From the NCBI GenBank assembly GCA_041738235.1, contig JBGSQF010000013.1, positions 63,345 to 127,344 of the forward strand: a stretch of 64,000 bases of DNA, in the 5' to 3' direction. Position numbers and translations under genes: made by a program. The notes beneath the pieces were generated by a model. The model worked only from the letters and a program-made list of their open reading frames with translations, did not search any database and was not told the origin of the DNA. The stretch is from Minisyncoccia bacterium (GTDB taxonomy: Bacteria; Patescibacteriota; Minisyncoccia; Moranbacterales; GCA-2747515). Shown here one piece after another: positions 29,604-38,928 of the stretch. Positions within the stretch are counted from its first letter, which is position 1; each line of letters opens with the position of its first letter.

Positions 29604-30743
29604 ATGACGGGAGTGGAGAAATTTAAACATTCGCTCAATACCATACTTGGTGAGTCGGACGTTATAATAAATGGTGAACGTCCATGGGATCCGCAGATTC
29701 GGGATAACCGCGTTTTTGAGGAGATCATGCAAAAGGGGTATCTCGCAGTGGGTGAGTCTTTTGTGGATGGTATGTGGGATGTTGAATCATTGGACGCATT
29801 GGTGGCGAGGGTGCATAGAAATGATGATCGTTGGGAATCGCTTTTCTCGGCAGGGCTTTTTTGGCATTGGCTCAAGGGAAAAATATGGAACCGACAAAAA
29901 AAGAGTCGTGCTTTTGATGTGGGGGAACAGCACTATGATCTCGGTAATGATTTGTATTCGGTGATGCTTGATGCGAGAATGACCTATACGTGCGCCTATT
30001 GGAAAAATGCGAACACGCTGGATTCTGCGCAAGAAGCTAAGCTGGATCTTATTTGTCGCAAACTCAATCTTCAGCCGGGGCAACATATTCTTGATATTGG
30101 TTGCGGGTGGGGAAGTTTTATGCGGTTTGCAGTTGAGCGCTATGGTGTTCGGTGCGCCGGCCTTACCGTCTCGAAAGAACAGGCGAAAATGGGGCGTGAG
30201 ATGTGTAAGGGACTTCCAATCGAATTTATTATTCAGGATTATCGTGAATATGCTCCGGCTGAGCCGTTTGACCATATTGTCTCTATAGAAATGTTTGAGG
30301 CTGTGGGGCATAAGAATTTCCGTGAATATATGAGAAGGGCACATGAGTGGCTGAAGCCCGGGGGATTGTTCTTGCTCCAAACGATTACTTCTACAGCAAA
30401 GCGACAGGTTTCTGACCCATGGATTGATAAATATATTTTTCCCAACGGAATTTTGCCCCACAAGAGGCAAGTAGAGGCTTCTGCGCGAGGTTTGTTTGAT
30501 GTGATAGATTTGCACGAGATTGGAAAGAATTATGATCCAACGCTTATGGCATGGTGGAGAAATTTTAGCGAAAACTATTCTTCATTGGATCATGCAAGAT
30601 ATAACAAGACGTTTTATCGTGTGTGGAAATATTATCTCCTTTCGTGTGCAGGTGGGTTCCGAAGCGGAGTGTGGAACGACTGGCAAATGCTTATGATGCG
30701 CGTAGAAGATGAAGACAAAATAAAATATAACAAAATCAGATGA
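29604..30743 (+). CDS. cfa: Cyclopropane-fatty-acyl-phospholipid synthase family methyltransferase
   Basis: HYDLGNDLY, MTYTCAYW, LDIGCGWG, IVSIEMFEAVG, WIDKYIFPNG, YYLLSCAG.F. Confidence 0.95.
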   Translation: MTGVEKFKHSLNTILGESDVIINGERPWDPQIRDNRVFEEIMQKGYLAVGESFVDGMWDVESLDALVARVHRNDDRWESLFSAGLFWHWLKGKIWNRQKKSRAFDVGEQHYDLGNDLYSVMLDARMTYTCAYWKNANTLDSAQEAKLDLICRKLNLQPGQHILDIGCGWGSFMRFAVERYGVRCAGLTVSKEQAKMGREMCKGLPIEFIIQDYREYAPAEPFDHIVSIEMFEAVGHKNFREYMRRAHEWLKPGGLFLLQTITSTAKRQVSDPWIDKYIFPNGILPHKRQVEASARGLFDVIDLHEIGKNYDPTLMAWWRNFSENYSSLDHARYNKTFYRVWKYYLLSCAGGFRSGVWNDWQMLMMRVEDEDKIKYNKIR

Positions 30744-32023
30744 CACAGAAAAGAATTGCCATCATTGGAACGGGAATAGCGGGAATAACGACCGCATGGT
30801 TTTTGAAAGACGCCCATGACATTGAGGTTTTTGAAAAGAATGACTATATAGGCGGGCACACTAATACGCGTGAAGCTCGTTTTGGAGATGTAACCGTTCA
30901 CGCTGATACCGGATTTATGGTTTTTAACAAGGCGACCTATCCTCACTTTACAAAACTTCTCGAATATCTCGATATTCCGGCAATTAAAACGGATATGTCG
31001 TTTGGAATAGCGTTGCCTCATGAGAATTTTGAATTCTATTCCGATTCGGCCTTTGCCAAAAAAAGTGATTTTGTAAACATACGACATTGGCGAATACTTT
31101 TGGACATTGTGCGGTTTAATCGTGATTCTGAGCGGGTTGTTTCACATATGGAGAAGGGAAGTACGCTTGGTGAGCTGGCAAATACGATGCATCTCTCAAA
31201 AGATTTTCTCCATCGGTATCTTTTACCTATGGCCGGGGCAATATGGAGTACGGACCAGAAGAATATGGCCGAATATCCAGCAAGAAGCTTTGTAACGTTT
31301 TTTCAAAACCACGGACTTTTAACACCAAAAAGTGTAAACCCCTTTAAGATGGAGGAGGGAAGGGTTCAGTGGTATACTATACCGCGCGGTGCGCAGACAT
31401 ATGTCCAAAAGATTGTACGTGATATCGAGAGGCATGTGCATCTGAGTCGGGGAGTTCGTTCGGTAAATCACGTGAAGGGTCATATAGAAATTGTGGACGA
31501 ACAAGGTATAAAAAGCTCTTTTGATGCGGTGGTCCTTGCTTGTCATCCTGATCAAGCGAGAAACATCTTGAGCGATGAATTTGGTCAACACAAAAAAGCC
31601 CTAGCGCCATTTCATTACAGTAATCATGATGTTGTCATGCATAGCGATGTTAGTTGTATGATGAAAAAAAAGAAATTATGGCCTTCCTGGACGTATCGTG
31701 AGGGGGACTCCGGTTCGGTCGAACTGTCGTACAATATGAATAAGCTACAACACATTGATGGGCAATATCCTACTTTTGTGACACTTGATCCCAAGAAGAA
31801 TATTCCGGAAAAGAATATTTTTTACCAAGTACAGTATGAACATCCATTATTTACCCCTGACACCGAAGAGGGTCAGAAACAAATCGAACGCATACAGGGA
31901 AAACAGGGGATATATTTTTGTGGAGCATGGCTTCGATATGGATTTCATGAGGATGGGCTTGTATCGGCTGTGCGTCTGAGTAATTTATTAGGAGGCCACG
32001 TCCCATGGGATAAAAAAGGGTAG
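30740..32023 (+). CDS. FAD-dependent oxidoreductase (amine-oxidase-like, cfa-associated)
   Basis: IAIIGTGIAG, GGHTNT, DTGFMVFN..TYP, Y.HP, GAW..YGFHEDG..S. Confidence 0.92.
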   Translation: MTQKRIAIIGTGIAGITTAWFLKDAHDIEVFEKNDYIGGHTNTREARFGDVTVHADTGFMVFNKATYPHFTKLLEYLDIPAIKTDMSFGIALPHENFEFYSDSAFAKKSDFVNIRHWRILLDIVRFNRDSERVVSHMEKGSTLGELANTMHLSKDFLHRYLLPMAGAIWSTDQKNMAEYPARSFVTFFQNHGLLTPKSVNPFKMEEGRVQWYTIPRGAQTYVQKIVRDIERHVHLSRGVRSVNHVKGHIEIVDEQGIKSSFDAVVLACHPDQARNILSDEFGQHKKALAPFHYSNHDVVMHSDVSCMMKKKKLWPSWTYREGDSGSVELSYNMNKLQHIDGQYPTFVTLDPKKNIPEKNIFYQVQYEHPLFTPDTEEGQKQIERIQGKQGIYFCGAWLRYGFHEDGLVSAVRLSNLLGGHVPWDKKG

Positions 32024-32104
32024 GGAATGGGCGAGGGCGGAAGATCGACGCAAGGACGCGTTTTTTGCCAAACGGATTTTCCGGGATAAGGAAGATCTGA
32101 TGTG

Positions 32105-32146
32105 AGCAGGGATGCCCGACAATCAACTGATTGCCGGGCTCGTTTT
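32105..32146 (+). terminator. AGCAGGGA-led hairpin, copy 1
   Basis: AGCAGGGAT-GCCCG-A-CAATCA-AC-TGATTG-C-CGGGC-TCGTTTT. Confidence 0.6.
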
Positions 32147-32259
32147 ATTGTAAAGAGTCTTTTTGGAGATATTCTTAGGGGGTTGACAAAATCCTCTATT
32201 CTGGTAATTTCTCTCTATCGTCCGCCGGACGATCATGAATCTTTTAGAGGTGGGATATC

Positions 32260-32526
32260 GTGGAAACAAAAAAAACCAGCCTAACCTATTTCCAACTCCT
32301 TGATGAGTGTTCAAAACATCCAAACAATTTGATGACTGTCGTCTGTCACCAGCCATCCTCATTGACGAGAATGCGTTTCATGTACGTGAGTTGCGCCAAG
32401 GTGGGCGAAGTGACCATTTCGGTGGATGGAATGTGTTGGGACAGAGGAGACGCCGGCAGCAGGCACTTTGTCCCGTGTACCATTCGTGACGTTCCCCCCT
32501 GTGGGTACGAGATCGTCGAACAGTAG
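32260..32526 (+). CDS. Hypothetical Cys-rich protein (ORFan cassette)
   Basis: TTGACA at 32183, GAGGTG SD, GTG start, downstream hairpin. Confidence 0.5.
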   Translation: METKKTSLTYFQLLDECSKHPNNLMTVVCHQPSSLTRMRFMYVSCAKVGEVTISVDGMCWDRGDAGSRHFVPCTIRDVPPCGYEIVEQ

Positions 32527-32542
32527 AAGGAGAAGCGAAGTG

Positions 32543-32585
32543 AGCAGGGACGCTCGGACAATGATCCGTAGCGTTCATTGTTTTT
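32543..32585 (+). terminator. AGCAGGGA-led hairpin, copy 2
   Basis: AGCAG-GGACGCT-CGGA-CAATGA-TCCG-T-AGCGTTC-ATTGTTTTT. Confidence 0.6.
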
Positions 32586-32722
32586 GTAGGGGTTTTTAGG
32601 TAAATATGATCTTTTGAGAACACCAGAGTATTAATAAATAAGTGGTAACGGATCTTTTTTGGAAGCTGGGGTATGCTAGTTTATATAATAAGTTGGTTGG
32701 ATAATGGGAAATTGTAGAAAGT

Positions 32723-32980
32723 ATGTATTATCTTTATATTCTTCAGTGTGCTGATGGGACGCTCTATGTTGGGATCACTACTGATCTGGCACGCAGGATA
32801 AAAGAACATAATAGCTCTACGCTTGGGGCAAAATACACTCGGACTCGACGGCCGGTTAAAGTGGTTTTTTCGAAGTCATTCCCCGATCGGTCACTTGCTT
32901 CACGGGAAGAGTTTCGTGTTAAGAAGCTCTCTCGCGTTGAAAAGCTTGAATTGATCCGAAAAAGCAAGAGTAACAATTGA
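32723..32980 (+). CDS. GIY-YIG nuclease family protein (UPF0213-like)
   Basis: YLYILQCADGTLYVGITTDL.RRI.EHN...GAKYTR.RRPV. Confidence 0.92.
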   Translation: MYYLYILQCADGTLYVGITTDLARRIKEHNSSTLGAKYTRTRRPVKVVFSKSFPDRSLASREEFRVKKLSRVEKLELIRKSKSNN

Positions 32981-33160
32981 AAGAAGAATAGGATAAAGGA
33001 CATTATTTTTTCGGGGTCTTGTAAGGGCTATATATGTGAAAGCCAACAGTGGGTTGCTGTCGGCTTTATGTTGACGGGTCTTTTTGGGGCCAACCGAGCT
33101 CGGCTGGTCCTATGCGGTTCTGCGATTTCTTTCTATCGGGTCGGTTCAATACCGCCTCGA

Positions 33161-33649
33161 TTATCTGGGAGGCTTTCCTGGCCCGCCACCACCGGGACCT
33201 CTTTGTGGGGGTCCAGCGTGGGGTCGTTGAGGTTGGGGCCTTTGCTGGGGTGGTCTGAAGCCACCTCCGCCGGGACCTCGCTGTGGCCGATGTTGTGCCG
33301 GTGGCGGTCCCCCGGGAGGAACTCTCCGTGGGGGTCTCGGTCTGAGTTCCAAACCAGGAGGGCGATGTTCTGGGCCTACTCCGATCTGGATTCCTGGTCC
33401 AGACGAAACCAAGCGATCCTGGACGACGTTGATGGTCAACGCCTTCCTGATTCGTTTCTTGCTGATGTAGACCTGATCCGTTCCATTAATCGGGTAGTAA
33501 TACAGCCCGTCCTTCTGGACGTAGGTGTCCCCCGGATTGATGGTGTATGCTACCGTCTCCCTGACGGCATACACGCAACCAGTGAGCACCATGACGGTCA
33601 ATACGAGGATTGCGATCGCCAGACCCCTGGCGGTGTTATTCGTCTGCAT
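33161..33649 (-). CDS. Putative lipoprotein with Pro/Gly/Arg-rich tail
   Basis: Lipobox LTG-C, GGAG SD, TTGACA on - strand at 33717-33722, PQRGPGGGG twice. Confidence 0.7.
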   Translation of the reverse strand: MQTNNTARGLAIAILVLTVMVLTGCVYAVRETVAYTINPGDTYVQKDGLYYYPINGTDQVYISKKRIRKALTINVVQDRLVSSGPGIQIGVGPEHRPPGLELRPRPPRRVPPGGPPPAQHRPQRGPGGGGFRPPQQRPQPQRPHAGPPQRGPGGGGPGKPPR

Positions 33650-33858
33650 CGTTTTCTCTCCCCCGGTTCTTCCGGTTTTGTTGATGCACGCGAACTATTA
33701 GCCATAAAGATGAGTTTGTCAAGGGTAGGCAGTATGTTTTGTAAGTTACTTTTGGGAGGGATATCTTGACGGAAATACAAAGTTGGTGTTATTTTATGGT
33801 ATCGTCCAGCTCTGGGCGATCGTGATAATTCACGACACTTTTTGTTTAGGGGGTTTTT

Positions 33859-34179
33859 ATGGACGGTTCGACGGGTATGGCTGTTGGGATCGATCGGCGG
33901 CCCTGGCAACGGGATCGGCACACCTTCTTCCAGATGGAGGCGGGGTGCATCGGAGCCAAGAACATTACACTTCGGTTCTCCTATGTTCCTAAGGGCGGGG
34001 GTGAGGAAAGCCGGACCACTCTGGGCTTCCGATGGGTCGAGGAAGATCTCACCGCCACGGATGGGACCCGAGTGAAGGTTTCGGGTCTCTATGTTGAAGG
34101 GCACAGCGGGGTCATGGAACCCCTCAATGAGAAGGCGTTTCCGGCAAACGGGTACGTCCTCGTCGAGAAGGGGGACTAG
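33859..34179 (+). CDS. Hypothetical protein (ORFan cassette)
   Basis: AGGGGG SD-like, GC-rich 106-aa ORF, TTGACG upstream, hairpin downstream. Confidence 0.55.
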   Translation: MDGSTGMAVGIDRRPWQRDRHTFFQMEAGCIGAKNITLRFSYVPKGGGEESRTTLGFRWVEEDLTATDGTRVKVSGLYVEGHSGVMEPLNEKAFPANGYVLVEKGD

Positions 34180-34228
34180 GCTCAGGCCCGAACAATGGTT
34201 GCTGCCTATGGATGGGCAGTAGAGAAAA

Positions 34229-34264
34229 AGCAGGGACGCTCAAGAACCATTGGGCGTTCTTTTT
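34229..34264 (+). terminator. AGCAGGGA-led hairpin, copy 3
   Basis: AGCAG-GGACGCTCAA-GAACCA-TTGGGCGTTC-TTTTT. Confidence 0.65.
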
Positions 34265-34349
34265 GTTCGTACGGGGGCGAGATTTGATACTCCAAAAGAA
34301 TGAATCGTGTTATGATTAAAAGGCTTAGGGGTCTTATAAATAAAAACCT

Positions 34350-34628
34350 ATGCTACGTTGTTATTGGTTTCGACCGAAGAGATTTTGGGGATATTTTGCT
34401 TTTTATTATCCCTCCTCAAAAGAGGGATGGATAATAACGCTTGTTTTGGTCGTAAGCGCTTCAGAGATATTTTTGTTCATCGATGGGCGGTCACACTCGG
34501 TATCGGATACTTTGATCGGATTTGCGCCTTGGGGTGTTGTTATGGCAGCGTTATTTGACCTGCTCTGTTTTCGCTTTGGGGAGTATCCGAGTTGGTGGAA
34601 GCGCCATGGGAAGAAATTGGAGAAGTAG
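34350..34628 (+). CDS. Small two-TM membrane protein
   Basis: YWF.PK.FW...YP.S.EGW, SHSVSDTL. Confidence 0.65.
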   Translation: MLRCYWFRPKRFWGYFAFYYPSSKEGWIITLVLVVSASEIFLFIDGRSHSVSDTLIGFAPWGVVMAALFDLLCFRFGEYPSWWKRHGKKLEK

Positions 34629-34804
34629 TAGATGGGATCTTGTTGTTTTAAGTATAACGAAAGAACGATATTTGGGGTGCGTATAGTAAAAGCGTACGAG
34701 GTAAGATAGGAAGAGTTTTTCATTTTCAGTGAGAGAGCGTGTCTATCTGAAAAACAGGTAATTTTCTGAGTATATAAATACAATTTAATAGATACAACAG
34801 ATGT

Positions 34805-36010
34805 ATGGTAGGAAAGATCTTTTCATTGTCGGGGAGAAAAAAATATGTATGGGCGGTGGTCGTGATTTTTGTAGTGATCGGAGGGTATTATTGGCATGCC
34901 AAGAGTCAAACTACTACAACACAGCCTCAATATGTTACGGGGCAAGTGGAGAAAGGAACAGTAGTGCAGTCTGTTTCTACGAGTGGAAATGTTGTCGTTG
35001 ATCAGTTGGCGTCTGTTGATCCAACGATCTCGGGGACGGTAGAAAATCTTTCGGTCAATGTCGGAGACTCTGTTAAAAAAGGACAAGCGCTCTTTGATAT
35101 CAAAAATGATCAGTTGAGTGTGAGTGCAGCACAGGCAGTTGCTTCTCTTCAGCAGTCACAGAATTCTTTGAAAAATGCAAAGATATCCCTTGATCAAGCA
35201 AGGGTAGATTATAAAACTATCAAAGATCAAAGTGTTTCCGTTCTAAAAAAAAATATAGCGGAGGATAAAGTGAGTGCTGCAAAAGATGGTGTAATGGGGG
35301 CAGAAAAGAGTTATGCAGCAGCTCAGGAAAGTTATAATAACCAGATCTCGACGGCCAATGAGCGTCATGTAGTTTCTCCTATTAGTGGAACGGTCAATGA
35401 AGTAAATATCAAAAATGGTGATGATCTTGGGGCATCCTCGAATTCTACGCATCAGGCGCCGATCATTGTGGGTGATCTTACAACGATGAAGGTTCAGGTT
35501 CAGGTCAATGAAGTAGATATTCCAAACATTTCTGTTGGGCAGAGAGCCATTCTGACATTTGACGCGATTGATAGTTTGAGTTTGACGGGAAAGGTAGAAA
35601 AGATGGATTCATTGGGGACGGTGACCCAGGGTGTTGTGACATATAATGTTGTTATCGGACTTGATACGATCGATCCACGTATTAAGCCTGGGATGAGTGC
35701 TACCGCTGCTATCACGACACAAGTAAAACAGGACGTGCTGATGGTTCCCAATAGTGCTGTGAAGAGTCAAGGAGGGAGTTCTTATGTGGAAGTGCTGAGT
35801 AATGGTGCTCCACAACAAAAGTTGGTAGAGGTGGGCATATCCAACGATATGGATACAGAGATCGTGAATGGTTTAAATGCTGGTGATTTGGTGATCACTC
35901 AAACAATACTTCCTTCCACAACAATAGCTTCGCCCGCAGCATCAAGCACATCCCGATCTTCTCAGAATTCCAGTATTCGTATCCCAGGTCTTACTGGGGG
36001 AGGTAGGTAA
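34805..36010 (+). CDS. Efflux RND/MacA-type membrane fusion protein
   Basis: N-terminal TM, V.VGD.VKKGQ, SPISG.V, VNEVDI, IKPGMSA. Confidence 0.92.
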   Translation: MVGKIFSLSGRKKYVWAVVVIFVVIGGYYWHAKSQTTTTQPQYVTGQVEKGTVVQSVSTSGNVVVDQLASVDPTISGTVENLSVNVGDSVKKGQALFDIKNDQLSVSAAQAVASLQQSQNSLKNAKISLDQARVDYKTIKDQSVSVLKKNIAEDKVSAAKDGVMGAEKSYAAAQESYNNQISTANERHVVSPISGTVNEVNIKNGDDLGASSNSTHQAPIIVGDLTTMKVQVQVNEVDIPNISVGQRAILTFDAIDSLSLTGKVEKMDSLGTVTQGVVTYNVVIGLDTIDPRIKPGMSATAAITTQVKQDVLMVPNSAVKSQGGSSYVEVLSNGAPQQKLVEVGISNDMDTEIVNGLNAGDLVITQTILPSTTIASPAASSTSRSSQNSSIRIPGLTGGGR

Positions 36011-36021
36011 AGAAAAACCAT

Positions 36022-36705
36022 ATGGCCCTCATTGAATGCAAGGACATAAAAAAGATCTACCGGAGCGGGGACGTTGAAACGATGGCGCTCAAAGGGGTTA
36101 CCTTTTCGATCGAGAAGGGGGAGTTTGTGGCGATCATTGGACCATCTGGTTCGGGAAAGTCAACATTAATGCATATTCTTGGTGCTTTGGATACCCCGAC
36201 GAGCGGGACGTATTTTCTGGAAGGACAAGAGGTTTCGAAATTGGATGACGATCAACTGTCGGAATTTCGGCGTGATAAGATAGGGTTTGTGTTCCAGTCA
36301 TTTAATCTTCTCCCGCGAGCCACGGTGCTTCGTAATGTGATGTTACCACTCTTATACAGTTCGGTTTCTGAGAAGGATCGAGAAAAGAGGGCTCGGGCGT
36401 CACTTCAGTATGCTGGACTTGAGGAAAATAAATATTATAATCTTTCCAACCAACTTTCAGGAGGGCAGATGCAGCGTGTGGCGATTGCACGTGCGTTGAT
36501 CAATGAGCCCGCTATTATATTAGCGGACGAACCAACGGGGAACCTGGATACCAAGACAAGTCACGTGGTGATGTCGACACTCCAAGAACTTCATCAGAAG
36601 GGGCATACAGTCATACTGATCACGCATGAAGACGAAGTGGCGGCATTTGCTCGGCGGTCTATTTCCATCCGAGATGGTCTAATTGAAAAAGACATAAAGC
36701 AATGA
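36022..36705 (+). CDS. ABC transporter ATP-binding protein (MacB/LolD type)
   Basis: [33 protein letters not shown]. Confidence 0.95.
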   Translation: MALIECKDIKKIYRSGDVETMALKGVTFSIEKGEFVAIIGPSGSGKSTLMHILGALDTPTSGTYFLEGQEVSKLDDDQLSEFRRDKIGFVFQSFNLLPRATVLRNVMLPLLYSSVSEKDREKRARASLQYAGLEENKYYNLSNQLSGGQMQRVAIARALINEPAIILADEPTGNLDTKTSHVVMSTLQELHQKGHTVILITHEDEVAAFARRSISIRDGLIEKDIKQ

Positions 36706-37916
36706 TCAGCGATCTTTTTAAAGAAATACTTTGGTCTCTGTCGGGCAATAAGGTAAGATCCGGATTGACCATCTTGGGTATTGTTATTGGGATCGCTTCG
36801 GTGATCACTATGGTATCTATTGGTCAGGGTGCCAAAAATTCGATAGAAAGTAATATTGAGGCAATCGGGTCAAATCTTATTATTGTTATGCCTGGAACAC
36901 AACGCAACGGGGGTTTTTCTGGTGGGCGCGGAAGTGCGCAGACACTGACCATGGCGGATGTGACTGCTTTGCAAAAAGATGCAGTGGATGTTTCAGCTGT
37001 GGCGCCAGATATTAGTCGACGGTATCAAGTGACCGCAAAAGGTACAAATACGAATACGGAAGTAGTCGGCACTACAGCGGATTATCTGGTGGCTCGAAAT
37101 ATCAAAATGGATACGGGAACATTTATCACTGAAAGGAATATTCAAACGTCGGCCAAAATTGCCATTCTTGGTCCAACCACGCGTGATGATCTTTTTGGTG
37201 TAGGCGCCAACCCCATAGGACAAACGGTCCGTATCAATAACGTGAACTTCAACGTTGTGGGGGTAGCACAGGCAAAAGGGGGATCAGGGTTTAATAATCC
37301 TGATGATGCTATCTACATTCCTGTTACAACAGCGCAGCACTTTCTTGCTGGAAGCGAGTATGTGAACACGATCAGTGTTTCGGCCCAAAGTCAGTCGGTG
37401 ATGGCTCAGGCGCAACAAGAAGTTCAAGACATCCTTTTGAGACAACATAAGATCTCTGACATGGCTTCGGCAGATTTCAATATTCTCAATCAAAATGATA
37501 TTATCGCTACTGCAACGAGCGTAACTGGGACCTTTACTATTCTTCTTGCTTCTATTGCGGGTATATCTCTTTTGGTGGGAGGAATTGGTATTATGAATAT
37601 GATGCTTACTACAGTAACGGAGCGAACGAGGGAAATAGGTTTACGAAAGGCTATGGGAATCAAGAAGTTTTATATAAACATGCAGTTTTTGGGAGAAGCG
37701 GTTGTATTGACCTTCTTGGGTGGGGGTATTGGGGTTTTGTTGGGGTGGTTGGCATCTATCGGTATTTCTCGCTTTGCCGGACTTTCTACACAAATATCCT
37801 TTTCAGCTATTCTTCTGGCTTTCGGTGTTTCGGCTGCGGTAGGGATCGTGTTTGGTTTTTATCCGGCACGACGGGCAGCTAATCTCAGTCCGATCGAGGC
37901 ATTGCGATACGAGTAG
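36702..37916 (+). CDS. ABC transporter permease (MacB/FtsX type)
   Basis: RS.LT.LGIVIGIASV, GGIGIMNMML..VTERTREIG, PIEALRYE. Confidence 0.95.
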   Translation: MISDLFKEILWSLSGNKVRSGLTILGIVIGIASVITMVSIGQGAKNSIESNIEAIGSNLIIVMPGTQRNGGFSGGRGSAQTLTMADVTALQKDAVDVSAVAPDISRRYQVTAKGTNTNTEVVGTTADYLVARNIKMDTGTFITERNIQTSAKIAILGPTTRDDLFGVGANPIGQTVRINNVNFNVVGVAQAKGGSGFNNPDDAIYIPVTTAQHFLAGSEYVNTISVSAQSQSVMAQAQQEVQDILLRQHKISDMASADFNILNQNDIIATATSVTGTFTILLASIAGISLLVGGIGIMNMMLTTVTERTREIGLRKAMGIKKFYINMQFLGEAVVLTFLGGGIGVLLGWLASIGISRFAGLSTQISFSAILLAFGVSAAVGIVFGFYPARRAANLSPIEALRYE

Positions 37917-37987
37917 ATCCTGCATGTTGAAAGAATTTTTATCGAGTTGCGTATCGAAGTGTGCAAACTAACAAATAATATAAGGGT

Positions 37988-38437
37988 ATGAATGTAAGAT
38001 ATGTTTCTGCGGTGACGGGACTGGTGGTTCTTGTTGGTGCAGGAGCTTTCTATGGGGGGGCAGCCTACGAAAAAAGTAGCCTGTCGAGTCAAGGACTTCT
38101 GAGAAGCGGAACTTCTAACGGGGCCAACTTTCAGCGAGGTTCGGGTCCAGATGGACAACCAGGACAGAGAATTCCCGGACAACGTCCTAGTCGGAATGGT
38201 GGTGGCAACTTTATCATGGGTGAGGTGCTTTCTAAAGATGATAAAAGTATTACCATAAAAACACAGGACGGGAGTTCGAGAGTTGTTTATTTCTCAGGTT
38301 CTACTATGATTGGGAAGGCAACGGCTGGGAGTATTGATGATGTGACAAACGGTGAACAGGTGACGGTGGGGGGGACGTCCAACCCGGATGGAAGTTTGTC
38401 GGCCCAAAACATACAGATCCGTCCAATACAGCAGTAA
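37988..38437 (+). CDS. DUF5666-like membrane-anchored protein
   Basis: GAFYGG, GEVLSKDDKSITIK..DGSS, G..N.DGS..AQNIQI. Confidence 0.65.
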   Translation: MNVRYVSAVTGLVVLVGAGAFYGGAAYEKSSLSSQGLLRSGTSNGANFQRGSGPDGQPGQRIPGQRPSRNGGGNFIMGEVLSKDDKSITIKTQDGSSRVVYFSGSTMIGKATAGSIDDVTNGEQVTVGGTSNPDGSLSAQNIQIRPIQQ

Positions 38438-38456
38438 CGGTTAGCCTTTAGGTAAT

Positions 38457-38489
38457 GCAAAAACAGGGATTTCGTATCCCTGTTTTTGT
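38457..38489 (+). terminator. Intrinsic terminator
   Basis: CAAAAACAGGGAT-TTCGT-ATCCCTGTTTTTG. Confidence 0.85.
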
Positions 38490-38540
38490 ATGATATACTA
38501 ATATGATATATTTAAATATAATAAGTTTAATAAGATATAT

Positions 38541-38912
38541 ATGAGCACTATTCTTATTGTTGAGGATGAAAGCGTTTTGAGAAAGGCATTGAGAATGAAA
38601 CTTGAAGGAAGTAAATATTCTGTCTTAGAGGCGCGAGATGGAGTGGAAGCGCTTGAGGTGCTTTCTCGAGAAACGCCTGATGTTATTTTGCTCGATGTGG
38701 TCATGCCGAGAATGGATGGGATTACGTTTTTGCGTCAGTGGAGAACACAACAAAACGAGAAGCAAAATATTCCAATCATCATTCTCAGTAATCTTGCTGA
38801 TGGAGAAAAGGTAAAAAATTGTATTGAAAATGGCGTGTATGATTATCTGATTAAGTCAGATTGGTCTTTGGAGGATGTTTTGGAAAAGGTCGAATCAAAA
38901 TTGAAAAAATAA
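38541..38912 (+). CDS. Single-domain response regulator
   Basis: ILIVEDE, PDVILLDVVMP.MDG, YLIKS. Confidence 0.93.
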   Translation: MSTILIVEDESVLRKALRMKLEGSKYSVLEARDGVEALEVLSRETPDVILLDVVMPRMDGITFLRQWRTQQNEKQNIPIIILSNLADGEKVKNCIENGVYDYLIKSDWSLEDVLEKVESKLKK

Positions 38913-38928
38913 AAAGTATTAGTCTTTT

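Noticed and set aside
33068-33769. 233-aa ORF on the + strand
   Set aside because: Shadow of the - strand lipoprotein gene, which has the SD, promoter and lipobox.
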